DNA from: the human T2T-CHM13v2.0 reference genome, Homo sapiens
Length of the DNA stretch: 64,000 nucleotides
Reading direction: 5' to 3' (one strand)
NCBI RefSeq assembly: GCF_009914755.1
Contig: NC_060948.1
The translations under genes were made by a program, and so were the position numbers. Shown piece by piece: positions 51,340 to 64,000 of the stretch. How positions within the stretch are numbered: position 1 is the first letter of the stretch; each line of letters begins with the position of its first letter. The notes below the pieces were generated by a model, which saw nothing but the letters and a program-made list of their open reading frames with translations, had not been told where the DNA came from and did not search any database.

Positions 51340-54300
51340 AAATTTCTACGTGATCTGAGAGCTATTAATGCACAGATTAAACCAATAGGTGCATTACAGC
51401 AAGGTCTGCCATTACTGGCAGCCATTCCAAGTGACTCACCTCTCATAGTAGTAGATCTTAAAGATTATTTCCTTACCACACCCTTACATGAGAAGGATAA
51501 GCGAAGTTTTGCCCCAAAGCATGCTCATCGGTCCTACACTATTTCAGCGTTTTGTAGGACAGTCCTTAAAGGAGCCTCGTAATATATTTCCTACTGCCTA
51601 CATCATTCATTATATGGATGAAATCCTTTTGGCTGCTCCAATGGAAGAGTGATTACACCAAATATTGAGAGAAGCAAAACAGGGGGACATCTCAAAATAG
51701 TTCAACAAAAGGTAGAAACAACCTCCCCATACCAATACTTAGGCACTATTGTTACTGAAACAAATATTCGACCTCAGAAAGTAGTCCTCTGTAGGGACAG
51801 ATCACAAACCTTCAGTGATTTCCAACAACTATTAGGAGACATAAATTGGCTGTGCCCAATCCTAGGTATTGCTACTCATCAACTCAAACACTCAGATCAT
51901 CCATGGAGATTCTTCACTAGGAGTAATGGGCTTAGGAGACAAACCCGTTGCTCCAGCAACTTACTAAGGAGGCTGAAGCTGAGTTACACCTTGTAGTGCA
52001 GATTCTTCAGCAAACACATGCCTCCCAGCCACAGCCACAAAAGCCTTTGGTTCTCTTTGTTCTTTCTACCCCGCCATTCTCCAAAAGGACTTTTAGGACA
52101 GATCATAGAAAAATATGCAATTGTGATAGAATGGCTTTTTTTGAAATTCAATCAGAGAGTAAAATCTCTGCAAGTTTATCTTTCTTTAACTACTCAATTT
52201 ATAACAAGGGGTAGGGGTAGATCAAAAATGCTTAAGAGATATGATCCAGACAAAATTACTGTTCTCCTTTTAGAGCCAGTCTAAAAGTATGAGGAAAAAT
52301 ATTGGATTCCCAACAACAGTTGCATCATGGGAATTGTTGACTGTGTGTCAAATTGCTCTTTCAGATTATGTAGGAATAATACATAAACTTTATCCATCAG
52401 ACAAAATTTTGCAATTTTAAAAACTCAACCTTTCATCTTCCCTGTGATTCCTCATCACAAGCCCATTTCAGGCAGCCAGACCTATTTTACTGATGGCTCT
52501 TCCAAAGCTCGCAAAGCTACTTATAGTACTAAGCATGCTCCTACAATAAAAAAAAAAAAAACCCAGAGTTTCAGCTCAATGCTCAGAACTAATGGAACTT
52601 AATCAGGTTTTAGAGCTCACTGGTTCATCTCTTATTAACACTCTCTATGATTCAGCCTATGTTGTAAATGTAGCCGGTCATATTGGGACTGCCACTATTA
52701 AAAGCACCCTAGAACCAGAGATGTTTAACTTGTTTCTAAGGCTTCAACAAGCTGTTTGCTCTCATGCTGCTTTTTATATCTCTCATATCTGCTCTCCCAC
52801 ACAACTCCCTACACCACTATTTCTAGGTAATAATGGAGCCAATAAATTGATTTGTTCTGCATTTCAACAAGCTCAACTTTCTCCTGTATTACTGCATCAA
52901 AACTCTGTCTTTACTCGTATGTTTCATTTGCCTAACAGCCAGGCTGCAGCCTGTACAAGCCTGTCCTACTTGCCAGCATGTCACTGGAGTCACACCCATA
53001 GAAGGCTGTAACCCATGAGACTTAGCTTCAAATGAAATCTGACAGATGGATGTTACTCACAAAGCTGTCATTGGCAAGCTCGCCTTTGTTCATGGGACTA
53101 TAGACACTTATTCTCACATGCGGCATGCTACATGCAAACCAGGTCAAACAGCTGGTTATTTACAATGACATTGTCTGTCATCATGTGCTCATATGGGGGT
53201 TCCTAGGCAATTAAAAACTGACAATGGACACGCTTATGTTAGTCATGCTTTTTAAAATTTATTACAGCTATGGTCAATCACTCATAAAACAGGAATTCCT
53301 TACAACCCCCAAGGACAAGGAATTAAAGAGCAGTCAAATTGAACAGTACAACGCGTGCTGAAAAAAACAGAAAGGGGAAACAGGAGACCAGTTACCACCT
53401 CAAACAAAATACATTTATTTTTACTTTAATTTTTTTTTCACTTCGTTTAAATTTTTTGTCTCCTGGTACAGATAGTAAGACTATGGCAGAATGACACTGG
53501 TAAATGTTATAGGGAAAAAGGAAAGTATACCCAAAGATATTATGAAAATCCCCCCAAGGACGATGGAATGGCTCAGTAGATTTACTGATGTAAGGACAAG
53601 GGTATGCTTGTGTTTTTACAGGAGATGGATAAACTGTGTGGGTGCCCTCAATGTGTTTGTGACCATGTAACGGGAGAGTGGAAAGAGCCATGGATCCCAA
53701 CTGTGGATCCGGCTCCTCTGTTACAAGCCATGAGTCAGTTGAAATTGCTGGAGCACCAGGGTCAGGCAAACAACCCTGACCTCACGTTTATGGCCATGCT
53801 ACCTGTAACATCCTGGCCAGTAGGTTTTCCTTGTGCAGAGACAAAAACATATTGGACATATATTCCCAATCCCCCAGTATTATGGAGTGTAATATGGAGT
53901 GACACTCCCCCTGACATCTATCATGATCATGGAGGATGGGCACCAGGACCCCAAACACCCCCTGACAAACAGTAATTAGACTCTCAGAACAATGATTATC
54001 AATTATGCTGTGCCATTGGAGGGACTTCCTTTATGCATCACCCAGGGTACATCACTCAACTGCAGTGGCCTTGCAAATTAATCCCAAGTATGGTTAAGTT
54101 ACCATGGAAAAATTATGTACCTATTAGGCCTTAGCTTTATTAACATTACTGGTGTAGATAATAACCACTCCCAGCCCCATCTCCAAAATTCTATTAATTA
54201 TACAGAATGGGCTCCCTTTGATAATTCTTACCCCCCTCATTGGACCCAGTGTCTTGGCACCCTAGCTAGAGAACAGTTCATGCTAATGGGAGACATTATT

Positions 54301-55610
54301 TTCTGGGTCCCTGTGGTCACTTAGATGGGAGAGATGAGACTCCGACCTCATGGCATAAACTTCGCTGACACAGGTTAGCATCCCTTCACTACACTGCACT
54401 GGGATTCAATCCCAATCTGCAGCAAGTTTCTCTTGGCGTGGAACAGGCTTTAGCCCAACTTTGCCTCAATGACATTATCAAGGAAAGAAACGTACAATTC
54501 AAGAGTCGATAGGGAAGGCAGCACTCCACTATATGAATGGCAGCATTTGTCTTCGAACACTATCTAATTATAGTAATTGTGCTGAATGCAGTTGCAATGT
54601 TAACTCTGTAGAAAATATTACCACTCAATTTACATTTTGTGTTTTTAAACTTATGTTTTTCTAGCAGCAAAATGGACCAACTCCAGTTAAACGATGCCCA
54701 ATTGACTTGTGATTCTTGTCAACTGTATTATTCCCTAAACCATAGCACAGTACAAACATATAGCATATCCACCCTAGTAATTTTAGGTTGCAATCCCAGA
54801 TTATGGATTCCTGTAAATCTGCCTGAGCCTTGGGTGGCCACCTCTGCTTTCCATTTTGTAAATCTTTTTCTTACTCAGCTTACTCATTGTGCTTGTAGAG
54901 CCTTAGGCATGAAAATAATTGTGAAAGTCTCCTTAGGAACACTAATAATTTCTGTTGTGTCATCCTTAGTAGCGATGTAGAGCTCCATTCAGACAGCTCA
55001 ATATGTAGAAAATTGGATGTGTACAGCCGACCAGGCATGGATGCTTAAAAATAAACTTAACACTGAGATACACACAGAAGCAGCAATGTTAAAGACTACA
55101 GTTCTGTGGCTAGGAAAACAAGAACAAACTTGTAGTTGCAGCAGCAATTGCATTGTCATTTTAAGCATACTCATATTTGTGTAACTAATTTGGAATAAAA
55201 CCAAAGTGAATATCCATAGAACCTTGTAAAGGTCCATTTACATGGGGCTTTCACATACAATGTTACTTTTGATATTAATGATTAACAAAGTAAAATTCTT
55301 TTTTTTTCTTTTTTTTATTATACGTTAAGTTTTAGGGTACATGTGCAATTCTTAACTTGAATAAGCATACTCAAGTATTTCAGTCATGTCTGAAAACTTG
55401 CACAGAATTCCAGCAAGGTGTAGAGAGCCTTAACCCTTGGACCTCCTCCAAACATCACCTCAATGTCTTTTTTGTGATTATCGGAGTAATGTTATTATGT
55501 CTCTGTTTTATGCTCATTGTCAGTAAAAGCAGCTGGACCACCAAACAGCAATTGAGAGCTGCACAGCCTGCAATCACCTGTACTCAGTTAATGCAAAAAC
55601 AAAATGGAGA
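51340..55610 (+). mobile_element. 5'-truncated betaretroviral HERV-K provirus (HML-6/HERVK3-like): decayed pol (RT, RNase H, integrase) and env
   Basis: RT DLRAINAQIKPIGALQQGLP and YIIHYMDEILLAAP; thumb DFQQLLGDINWLCP; RNase H YFTDGSS and DSAYVV; integrase QMDVTH, KTDNG and TGIPYNPQGQG; env KTYWTYIPNPPV. PPT AAAAACAAAATGGAGA precedes the LTR. Confidence 0.85.
55301..55346 (-). mobile_element. Ultra-short L1PA 3'-tip insertion with a 7-bp TSD AATTCTT
   Basis: T-tract followed by ATTATACGTTAAGTTTTAGGGTACATGTGC. AATTCTT at 55294-55300 and 55347-55353. Confidence 0.88.
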
Positions 55611-56045
55611 TGTTGGAGGCCAAAAGAATAAGGGTTGTGACCAACTCAATAATGAGTGGAGGGTCTATGAGCAGAGAGCAAACTGTTCTCATGAAAGCAG
55701 CATTTTCATAACCTGACACACCACGTCTGGTGCCAGAAGGAATACTGAGGGCAGTCATGCCCCAAGCATAGTATTTCTTGTGGTTATATATAGGAACATC
55801 TGAAGTCTGTAGTACAAAGAAAGCAATTATGTGAGCCTGTGATAAATCAAGCAGCTGACCAACAATTACCTTTCCTCCCTGTTGATTCTGCCTAATAAAT
55901 ATGAAGGCCTGTAGAAGCTCAGGGCCTTTGCTGACTAGAAGAAATGAGCCCCCTGACCCCTCTTTTAAAACAAATATTTTTTGTCTTTGTCTTCATTTCT
56001 GCATTCAACCCCCTTTGTTTCATCCCATAGTAACTGACTGCCACA
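55611..56045 (+). mobile_element. 3' LTR of the HERV-K remnant (LTR3-like)
   Basis: TG...CA termini. Starts TGTTGGAGGCCAAAAGAATAAGGGTTGTGACCAACTC; AATAAATA motif at ~55894. Confidence 0.75.
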
Positions 56046-56047
56046 CT

Positions 56048-56260
56048 GTCTCTATTAAAAATACAAAAGAAAAAAAAAAGTTGGGCTTGTTGGCAGGCAC
56101 ATGCAATCCAAGCTACTCAGGAAACTGAGGCAGAAGAATCCCTTCAACCTAGTAGACAAAGTTTGCAGTGGGCCAAAATCACGGCTTTGCACCCCAGACT
56201 GGGTGACAGCGTGTGACTCCATCTCAAAAAAGGCAAAAAAAAACAAAAAGAAGAAAAAAA
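56048..56260 (+). mobile_element. Partial Alu (linker plus right monomer)
   Basis: TCTCTATTAAAAATACAAAA...GCTACTCAGGAAACTGAGGCAGAAGAATC...GACTCCATCTC, followed by an A-rich tail. Confidence 0.85.
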
Positions 56261-56795
56261 ATATGTTCAGGTTAAGAGAATCAAACAAACAAGGTGTAGG
56301 CTGAGAAAAATTTAGGGAACACATCTGAGAAGTGACTTTCAGTTAAAATGTACAAAGAAATAAGATGACCAAATTAATGATAGAGACCTCAGTAGGTACA
56401 GCAGCAAAAAAGATACGAAGATGGAAAATCTGGCACACAAAATACTGCTTGCTGAGCCCTTGTTACTTCTTCTGAAGGCTGAGGCTCCAAGCCATTTCCT
56501 GAGGAGCAACAGTGGCTGCCACAGTGACAGTGGCTCCAAAGATCATCCCCACCTACCCCAGCTCTACCCTTCCTCCAGGTTCCAAGGATTCCCCAGACAT
56601 TGAGCATGCTCACTGGGAAGGAGCCAGAAGCTGGATATTTTATTTCTCAACTTTTCTTAAAACTCTGGATACCAACAAGTATCCTTTGGTTGGAAATTTT
56701 ATTTTTATCCTAACAATCTTGAGGCACTGACAAGTATTAGGAAAGATGGCTTTCAACCTACAGTTGTCTCCATAAAGAAATAAAAGAATTGGCAT

Positions 56796-57099
56796 GGCCA
56801 GACATGGTGGTTCATACCTGTAATCCCAGCACTTTGGGAGGTAGAGCCAGGTGGATGTCCTTAAGTCAGGTGTTTGAGATCATCCTGATCAACATGGTGA
56901 AACAAGCTCTCTACCAAAAATACAAAAGTTAGCCAGCAGTGGTGGCTGAGTCCTGTAATCCCAGATCCTCAGGAAGCTAAGAGAGGAGAATTGCACGAAT
57001 CCAGGAAGCTGAGGTTACCGGAGCCGAGATCACGTCATTGCACTCCAGCTATGGGAACAGAGGAAGACTCCATCTCCAAAAAAAAAGAAAAGAAAAAAA
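56796..57099 (+). mobile_element. Alu (AluS-like)
   Basis: GGCCAGACATGGTGGTTCATACCTGTAATCCCAGCACTTTGGGAG...GACTCCATCTCC, followed by poly-A. Confidence 0.9.
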
Positions 57100-57849
57100 A
57101 TGATTCAATTACCCTTTTAGGCAGTTATTTTAGAATGCTTGGTACAATGCATTACTATTTTGGTATTCTCAAGACAGAAAACACAGTAACAGTAATAAGT
57201 AAAAACCAAATAGCAAGTCATTAAAAATTCATGGGATTAATTTCATCTGTCATTCTTTCTGGCTTTTATTATTTAAAATGTGTAATGTTGAAGTAATCAG
57301 ACGTTTTACCTGTGATATCCAAACACAAAAAGAAACAACAATAAGTAAAACACTATTAAATGAATCTCAGTCTTCAAATTGAATTCTGATGCAGTGGAAT
57401 GTTTTGTGAAAGATGAAAAACTAACAGACCAAACACATGTGATTTCAAATTTTGGCCTACTTTTGTAGGGGCAGGTTTAAGAACCAAAACCTTCATAGTT
57501 CTAATTTTTGTATTTTTGTCAATGATTCAGCATGGCAAGATATGTAGAGAAACTGAGATCAGAGCTTTTTGTCAATTCCAACAGAGACTAGTTTGTACTC
57601 TACACGTTCTTGTTGCTGCCTTGAAATCCATAAGGAAATCACTTGAGTGAAAGGGACTTTTACACAGTGAAAAATCACGACAATACACCACATTCTCTTA
57701 TTAGCTACAGTTCACTCTTTTCTTGTAGTCACCATAAGATTAGAAAAAATGGCAAGATAAATGACTATGTGGACTAGAAAAATTTTATTAGTTTTTACCA
57801 GGTAAAGCATAGAGTACTTTTTTTAAAAATTGGTTTTCTGTGGCACAAC

Positions 57850-58480
57850 GCATGTATGCTTTTTGGCAGCAATCACAGATTAATGAACAAATGATAACAA
57901 CAAAACAGTGCTCAACAACACCTTCCATTCAGGGAAGGCAAAATAAAATAAAAGTGAGAGCACTAAACAGCTATACTATATCTAAATTTCTTTTTAAATG
58001 TAATCAAAACTGCAACAGGAAATCTCATTCATTGCCGATGGAAGGCAAAATGGTACAGCAACTTTAAAATATGGTTGTCTTCTTCTGCCACAGTTTGGCA
58101 GTTTTTTCCAAAGGCAATCATGGTCTCATCATATAGGCTAACAATTGCACACTTAGGTATTTAGACAACTGATTTGGAAAGTCACATCTAACTCAAAACC
58201 ACATGCACTTATGTATAACTGCTCTCTTGACAATGGCAAAATACTTGAAGGAATCAGGATGCCTTTCAATATTAACCAAGCCAGGTAAATTCATAAAATG
58301 AAATACTATTCATCAAAAGAAAAGGAGTGATTTATGAAGTCACGCAAAGCCATGGATGAATCAGGCATACATGAAGCTAAGTGATAAAAGCCAGTCTGAG
58401 GAGATGACATATTGTATGATTTCATTTCTATTACATTACAGAGAAGAAATGTTTACAGAGATGGTAAACAGACAAGGTAA
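57850..58480 (+). mobile_element. Old L1M 3' end fragment
   Basis: AAAATGGTACAGCAACTTT...GAAATACTATTCATCAAAA...CATGGATGAATC...CTAAGTGATAAAAGCCAGTC...ATATTGTATGATTTCATTT. Confidence 0.7.
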
Positions 58481-59199
58481 TTTACAGTTGTTTTTAGTGG
58501 GCAGGTAGTGAGTTGAAAAGGAGAATGCAGTGATGGAAAGGAGCACAAATGGGCCAGATGAGAAGGGACTCACTCTGCTTGATGAGATCACGCTGGGGGT
58601 GTGGAAGAGTCAGGAGTGTGTATACCAGCATGAATAAATAAATACGCTTCTACTCATGATAGGAGAAGAGCGTCTTCTTTCATGACACATGCAACTATTT
58701 TAGGATGATTTCTGAGGAAGCTTTTGTCATCATTGGAAAAACATACGTAAACAAATGTACCATTTCAAACATTTTTGAGTGTATAATTTGGAAGCATTAA
58801 CTATTTAACTATGCTCAATTTGTGCAACCATTGCCACCATTTCACCATCTCACCAGCAATGTACAAGGGTTCTAATTTCTCCACATACTCTCAAACTTTT
58901 CCTTAAAAAATAAAATAAAAAATTCCAATGGAGATAAAGTGGTAATCTTATTCTCATTTAGATATTCATGTATTAAGTGGCTAGTGATTTTGAACATCTT
59001 TTCATGTGCTTTTTGGCTGTGGATCTGTAAATGATTTCTTGGCTATATTACTGAATGAACACAAAACATAAGAAAATATAGATCAACTGAACTTCATCAA
59101 AACTAAACACTTTTGTGCATGAAAGGACACTGTCAGCATAGTGGAAAGAGAACCAACAGCATGGGACAAAATATTTGCAAGACATATATATGGTATATG

Positions 59200-59420
59200 T
59201 TCAAATCAACCAGTTGGATCTCTCCCAAGGGCACTCTCCATTTTCTTACTCTAAAACTTTTTAAATAAACTTCCATGTTTGCTGGGAAACTTTTCTCAGT
59301 CTCCTTTGCTACTTTATTCCCCTCAGTCAAATCCTTTCTTCTGAGGAGGGAAGAGTTTAAGTTACTGCAGACCATGATAGATTTGACACCAGTAACTCAG
59401 ATAACTTCCACTGGTAACAG
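59200..59420 (+). mobile_element. 3' part of an ERV1 LTR (MER50-like)
   Basis: AATAAACTTCC...TTCTTCTGAGGAGG...TTACTGCAGACC...CTGGTAACA terminus. Confidence 0.6.
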
Positions 59421-59579
59421 GTCGAGGAGCTGCTGGACAGGGTGGCGGGAGTTCATGTCTAGTATGTGGCTGGCCTGGCCCCAGGTAGTTCTGGGCTGTG
59501 GACGGACCAGAACCCCATGCTACAAGCACTCTGTGGAAAGAGAGCTCACATTGCTGAGAGAATGCTGAGGAAGAAATTT

Positions 59580-60200
59580 TGTCTTTTTAGTGACGACAAT
59601 TTCCTTCACATAATATACAATTAACTGTTTGTTAATGAATTCCTTAGTGATCTTTAGTACATGCATATTTGTGGGCAACAACCGCATCTTAGTTCCAAAT
59701 TATTTTCATCATTCCAAAAGGAAATACCCTACTTATTAAGAAGCTCCTACCCAATCTGTCCTCTTTCTGACACCAGCAACAAGTGATCTGCACTTTTTTC
59801 TCTATGGATTTACTTATTCTAAATATTTACATAAATAAAATCATACACTATGTGACTTTTGTCTTCACCTTCTTGAGCCAAAATTGCTTTGAAGTTTCCT
59901 CACATTGTAGCATTAGAGTTGTCATCCTCTTCACAGCTGAATATTATGCCATTCTATGGGCATACTACATTTTGCTTCTTACTTTTTGCTGGTGGACATT
60001 TATTTGGTGTGTTTCCAGATTTTAGTTATTGTGAATGCTGCTATGAACATATGTATACAAGTTTTTCTTTGAATAACTCTTTTACATTTTTTGTATATAC
60101 AGCTTGGAGCGGATGTTGTGGGTCCTATGGTAATTTTATATTTAGCTTTTGCAGAACACCAAACTATTTTCCACAGCAGCTGCAGCATTTTACTTTCACA
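59580..60200 (-). mobile_element. Old L1M 3' end fragment
   Basis: TCTCTATGGATTTACTTATTCT...AATCATACACTATGTG...TATTGTGAATGCTGCTATGAACAT...GGTCCTATGGTAATT...TTTTCCACAGCAGCTGC. Confidence 0.75.
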
Positions 60201-60482
60201 TTTTCCCACTTCCCTTCCTTTGGGCCTTCCAGAGACTACCTCAAAACACCTGCCATTCTCAAACACAAGCTACTGTGGATTTGGTTAGCTCTGGGTTGAC
60301 ATTTAGAAAAGCTGTGGCCTCAGAAGCCAACTTCCTTTGGCTCCTAATCTATGAGGCTGCACAATGAGCATTAAGATGGCCCTGAGCTTAGACGCAGAAA
60401 AGTTCTGGGTGCAAGGCTCAGTCCTCCCTTCTGTAAAAAAGAGTGATGATGTAATACACTAGCCAGCTGCCCAGTGCCTTCT

Positions 60483-63400
60483 GTAACCCTAAACTTAATC
60501 ATAACATTAACCTTAACTCAGCCTCTACCCGAATCCTAAGCAGGAATCCCTAACACTAACAGCAACTCTAAGCCACAAACTTGACCCCAACATCAACTCT
60601 ATGCCTAGCCACTCACCAAAACCTAAACCCCAAAACAAATCCCAACTCTAAATCCTAAATCTAACAGCTAAACCTGAATTTGACCCTGACCCTGAAAATA
60701 ACCCTAATCCAAGTGTAATGCAAACATTACAGAAACCTGAACTTAAGCTCTAAGCCTAAAACCTTAACCCTAAAACCCTAACCCTAAGACAAAAACACTA
60801 ACACTAAACAAAAAAACCATCTCTAACCCTCAAAAGCTAACGTTAAGCCTAACACTAACAACAACCCCTAAATCTAACCCTAAATTCTAACTTCTAAACC
60901 TGCTTTTTGAGCATGATCATAACATTCACAATAAGTCTAATACTAACCCATGACCTGAATGCTAAAACTCTTATTACTACCCTAACCCTACACCTACATG
61001 ACACCAAAACCTAGCTGTTACATGAAACCCAAACCCTAATCCTAACATTAATCTTTAGGTCAACCCTAACCCTATACCTAATCCTAACCCCTGACCCTAA
61101 GCCTGACTACTAACATTAACTCTAACCCTAATGTGTTACTGCAATCTGTACCCTAATGCTCACCCTAACACTAATTCTAACCAATAATTGTAACCTCAAC
61201 TGTAATCATAATAATAAACATAACCTTAACCCCTTAATCTAAATTTAAACACTCACCATAACTATAACCCTAAAGCTTAATCTACTCTTACCCTAACCCT
61301 AAAAATAACATTAAACAATAATTCTAATCTTAATCCTAATTCTAACACTGTGCCCTATCTGTAACACCAACAGACCCACAACCACTAAACTCCAACGCTA
61401 ATTCTAACCCCTAACACTAATTCTATATCCTAAAGCTAACTCTAACCCTGAATTTTAACCTGTAACGCTGTAACGTAAACGCTGTACGCTAAACACTAAA
61501 CGCATAGCCTGTAACGCTAAACATAAAAGTTACTCTATCTGATAACCTAAATGTAATCCTCACCCTAAATACTAACCCTAACACTTAACCCAAAATCTAA
61601 CCTTGAAAACATAACCCAAAGCAAACCCCTTATTTTCAAATGAAATCCTAATGTTAGCAATAAAACATTGAAAAACTACACCTAACCACAAACTCAACAC
61701 ATAACCCTAACAGTAACACTAATCCTAACTGTAAAAGCATGAAACCAGAACTTTAACATTAAAACCATCCTAACTCTAAACCCATTAATAAAAATAAGCC
61801 TAAACCATAACTCTAAACCTAAAGCTTAAAACCTAACTATAATCTTAATCCTAAACCATAAACTCTTAACTGTAACCTGTAACTGTATCCATAAACCAAA
61901 ACCCTAACCCTAAATGCTAAACTAACCTTAGTCTCTAACTGTAACCCTAACTAAAATGCTAATACCCAACACTAATCCTAAACCCTAACACTAACTGAAA
62001 ACTCTATTCCTAATCCCTACCCCAAATCCTAACCCGAACTTCAACACTAACACCAACCCCAAATGTACGCCCTAACAGTAAGCCTAACACTAAGCCTAAC
62101 CTTACCACAAATCCTAACCCTTTTACCCTCAACTTAACCCTACCCCTACATGAACACCAACCCCAAACATAAACATAAACCCTACTTTACACTAAACAGA
62201 GAATCCTAAGCCCAAATCCTAACCCTAATTATAACACTAACCCTAAACAATGCCCTAACCTTTAGCCAAACCCTAAACCCTAACTCTAACACTAACACCT
62301 CATCAAAAGCCCTACTCTAAGCCTAACACTAACCCTCAGCCTAATCTTTAGCCAAACGCTTTGACCATCATCCTAACCCTAACTCAACCACAACCAGGCA
62401 CCCAATGTTAAACCACAAACTAACACTAAACCCTAATCCTAAATTTTAACACTAAACCAAACATTTTAATTATAACCCTAACACTAAGCATAACACTTGC
62501 CCTAATTTTAACCCTCATCCTGAATCCTAAACCTAACCCTCACCCAAACCCTAATCCGAACCCTTACACTACCACCTAAAGCTAACCCTAATTCCAACTA
62601 TAAATCCCCAAATCCCAAAAACACTGAAGGTAGCTTTAACTGCAACCCATAACTCTAAAACTCACACTAACACTAACCCTAATACCCTTATCCTGAGAGT
62701 GAAACTAACATAATTCTAACATAATCTTAACCTTAGCACTAAACCTAAAAATAACTCTTATCCTAAACACTGAACCTAATCATAACCTGAACCCTAAATC
62801 AGAAAACCTAACCTTTAACACTAACCCTAGCCCTAAAGCAAAATCTGTAACCCTAATTAAACCTAAACCCTAAACCTAAACCTAATCTTAGCCCCTAACT
62901 CTACAAAAACCTTAATACTAACACTAACAATAAATGTTAACCCCTAACCTTAACACTAAACAAACCCTAACACTAAACCCTAACCCTAACCCTAATCCTA
63001 AACTCTAAACTGAACCCTAAGAGTTACCCTAATCGTGACCACTAACCTCAACCTCAACACAAACTCAGCCTTAACAGTCATGCTAAACTTAAATCAAAAA
63101 CCCTAACCATATGCCCAACACTATCACTAACATCTAACCATAAATGCTGATCACTATCATTAACAATAACCCTAAACCCTAACCCAGAACCCTGAACTCT
63201 AACCCTACATGTAACCCTAAGCCCTATCCTAATGCTAAACACTAACCCAAATACTGAAATACTCTAACACTTACCCTCACCCTAAACCTTAATACTAACC
63301 CTAACCCTGGCCAGGACCCTAATTCCTAACCTCTAACTGGAAGCCTATCTTTTTACCCTAAACCTAAGCATAACCCAAGCCCAAACCTAACCTCTAATGC

Positions 63401-63645
63401 TGATTCTGACCCCTAGCCCTAAACTCAACCCTAACCCATAAACCTAATCTTAACTCTAACTCGAACCCTAATCCTACCACAACACTAAATCTTATTTCAA
63501 GCCCAGCCCTAACCCTCAATCTAATCCTGAACTTTTTCTGCAATTGTAAACCTTATCCCAATCCTCCGTTTCTATTCTATCCTTAAGGTTACACCATTAT
63601 GCTTAAAAAACTTTGAATACAACCTGTATGACTCTAACCTCTAGC
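60483..63645. repeat. Degenerate interstitial telomere-like array (CCCTAA variants on the + strand), ~3.1 kb
   Basis: Dense AACCCT/AACACT/AATCCT/AAACCCT/AACTCT units on a strongly G-poor + strand. Perfect runs are short, e.g. (CCCTAA)3 at 62978-62995. Confidence 0.92.
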
Positions 63646-64000
63646 CCCTTATATGCAAAAGAGTACAAGGAGTCATATCTCTTTCTAAGCCCAAATTAGT
63701 ATTGAATTAAACAAATGGTATCACTGGGACAAAAAACTAAACGTAACCATATCTGCTAACTATAGACATTATAATATTTAACCAAATAAGTGAAGACATT
63801 ATAAACCACGATGTTTAAGATCTTTTCTCAGAAAATCAAGGTTTTTTTTTTTTTTTACCATTCTAATGCCATCCCTTTTCAACATATTATGTAAATCAAA
63901 TGTTGAAATACACCACGTTTGTCTCAACTTTTATAAAAAGTACTTAAAGACAACACATTTAACAATTAAAAATCCAATAAACTGTATTTCAATTTTTTCC

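Noticed and set aside
50426-51353. Multiple Tyr/Ile/His/Cys-rich ORFs
   Set aside because: Artefacts of the stop-poor TA/CA low-complexity block.
56330-56790. Unique-looking segment with short ORFs between two Alus
   Set aside because: No recognisable homology or convincing exon structure.

Overview
This window is human Y-chromosome ampliconic sequence, not microbial DNA. It has one intact gene: the intronless retrogene CDY2 (22590-24215, +, 541 aa, chromodomain plus crotonase-like domain). CDY2A and CDY2B cannot be told apart from sequence alone. A decayed tandem CDY pseudogene lies about 3.8 kb upstream. Nearly everything else is repeat-derived: a HERV-L/MLT2 end, two head-to-tail L1PA elements, old L1M fragments, seven Alus, a young 5'-inverted L1HS-Ta, a scrambled cluster of ERV1 LTR/gag remnants, a MER11 solo LTR, a truncated HML-6-like HERV-K provirus, microsatellites, and about 3 kb of degenerate telomere-like repeat. 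I found no evidence of a new multi-gene biological system. The most notable observations are: (1) intact splice sites to a CDY1-type second exon that is frameshifted by 5 bp, predicting a different CDY2 C-terminus; (2) two L1s with different 5'UTR types that share many non-consensus substitutions, suggesting gene conversion; (3) an old ~1-kb-arm inverted repeat around a (TTC)n tract, with a young Alu in one arm only; (4) several fold-back/template-switch scars; (5) the interstitial telomere-like array. Repeat family names and consensus comparisons come from recall and need RepeatMasker/Dfam confirmation.
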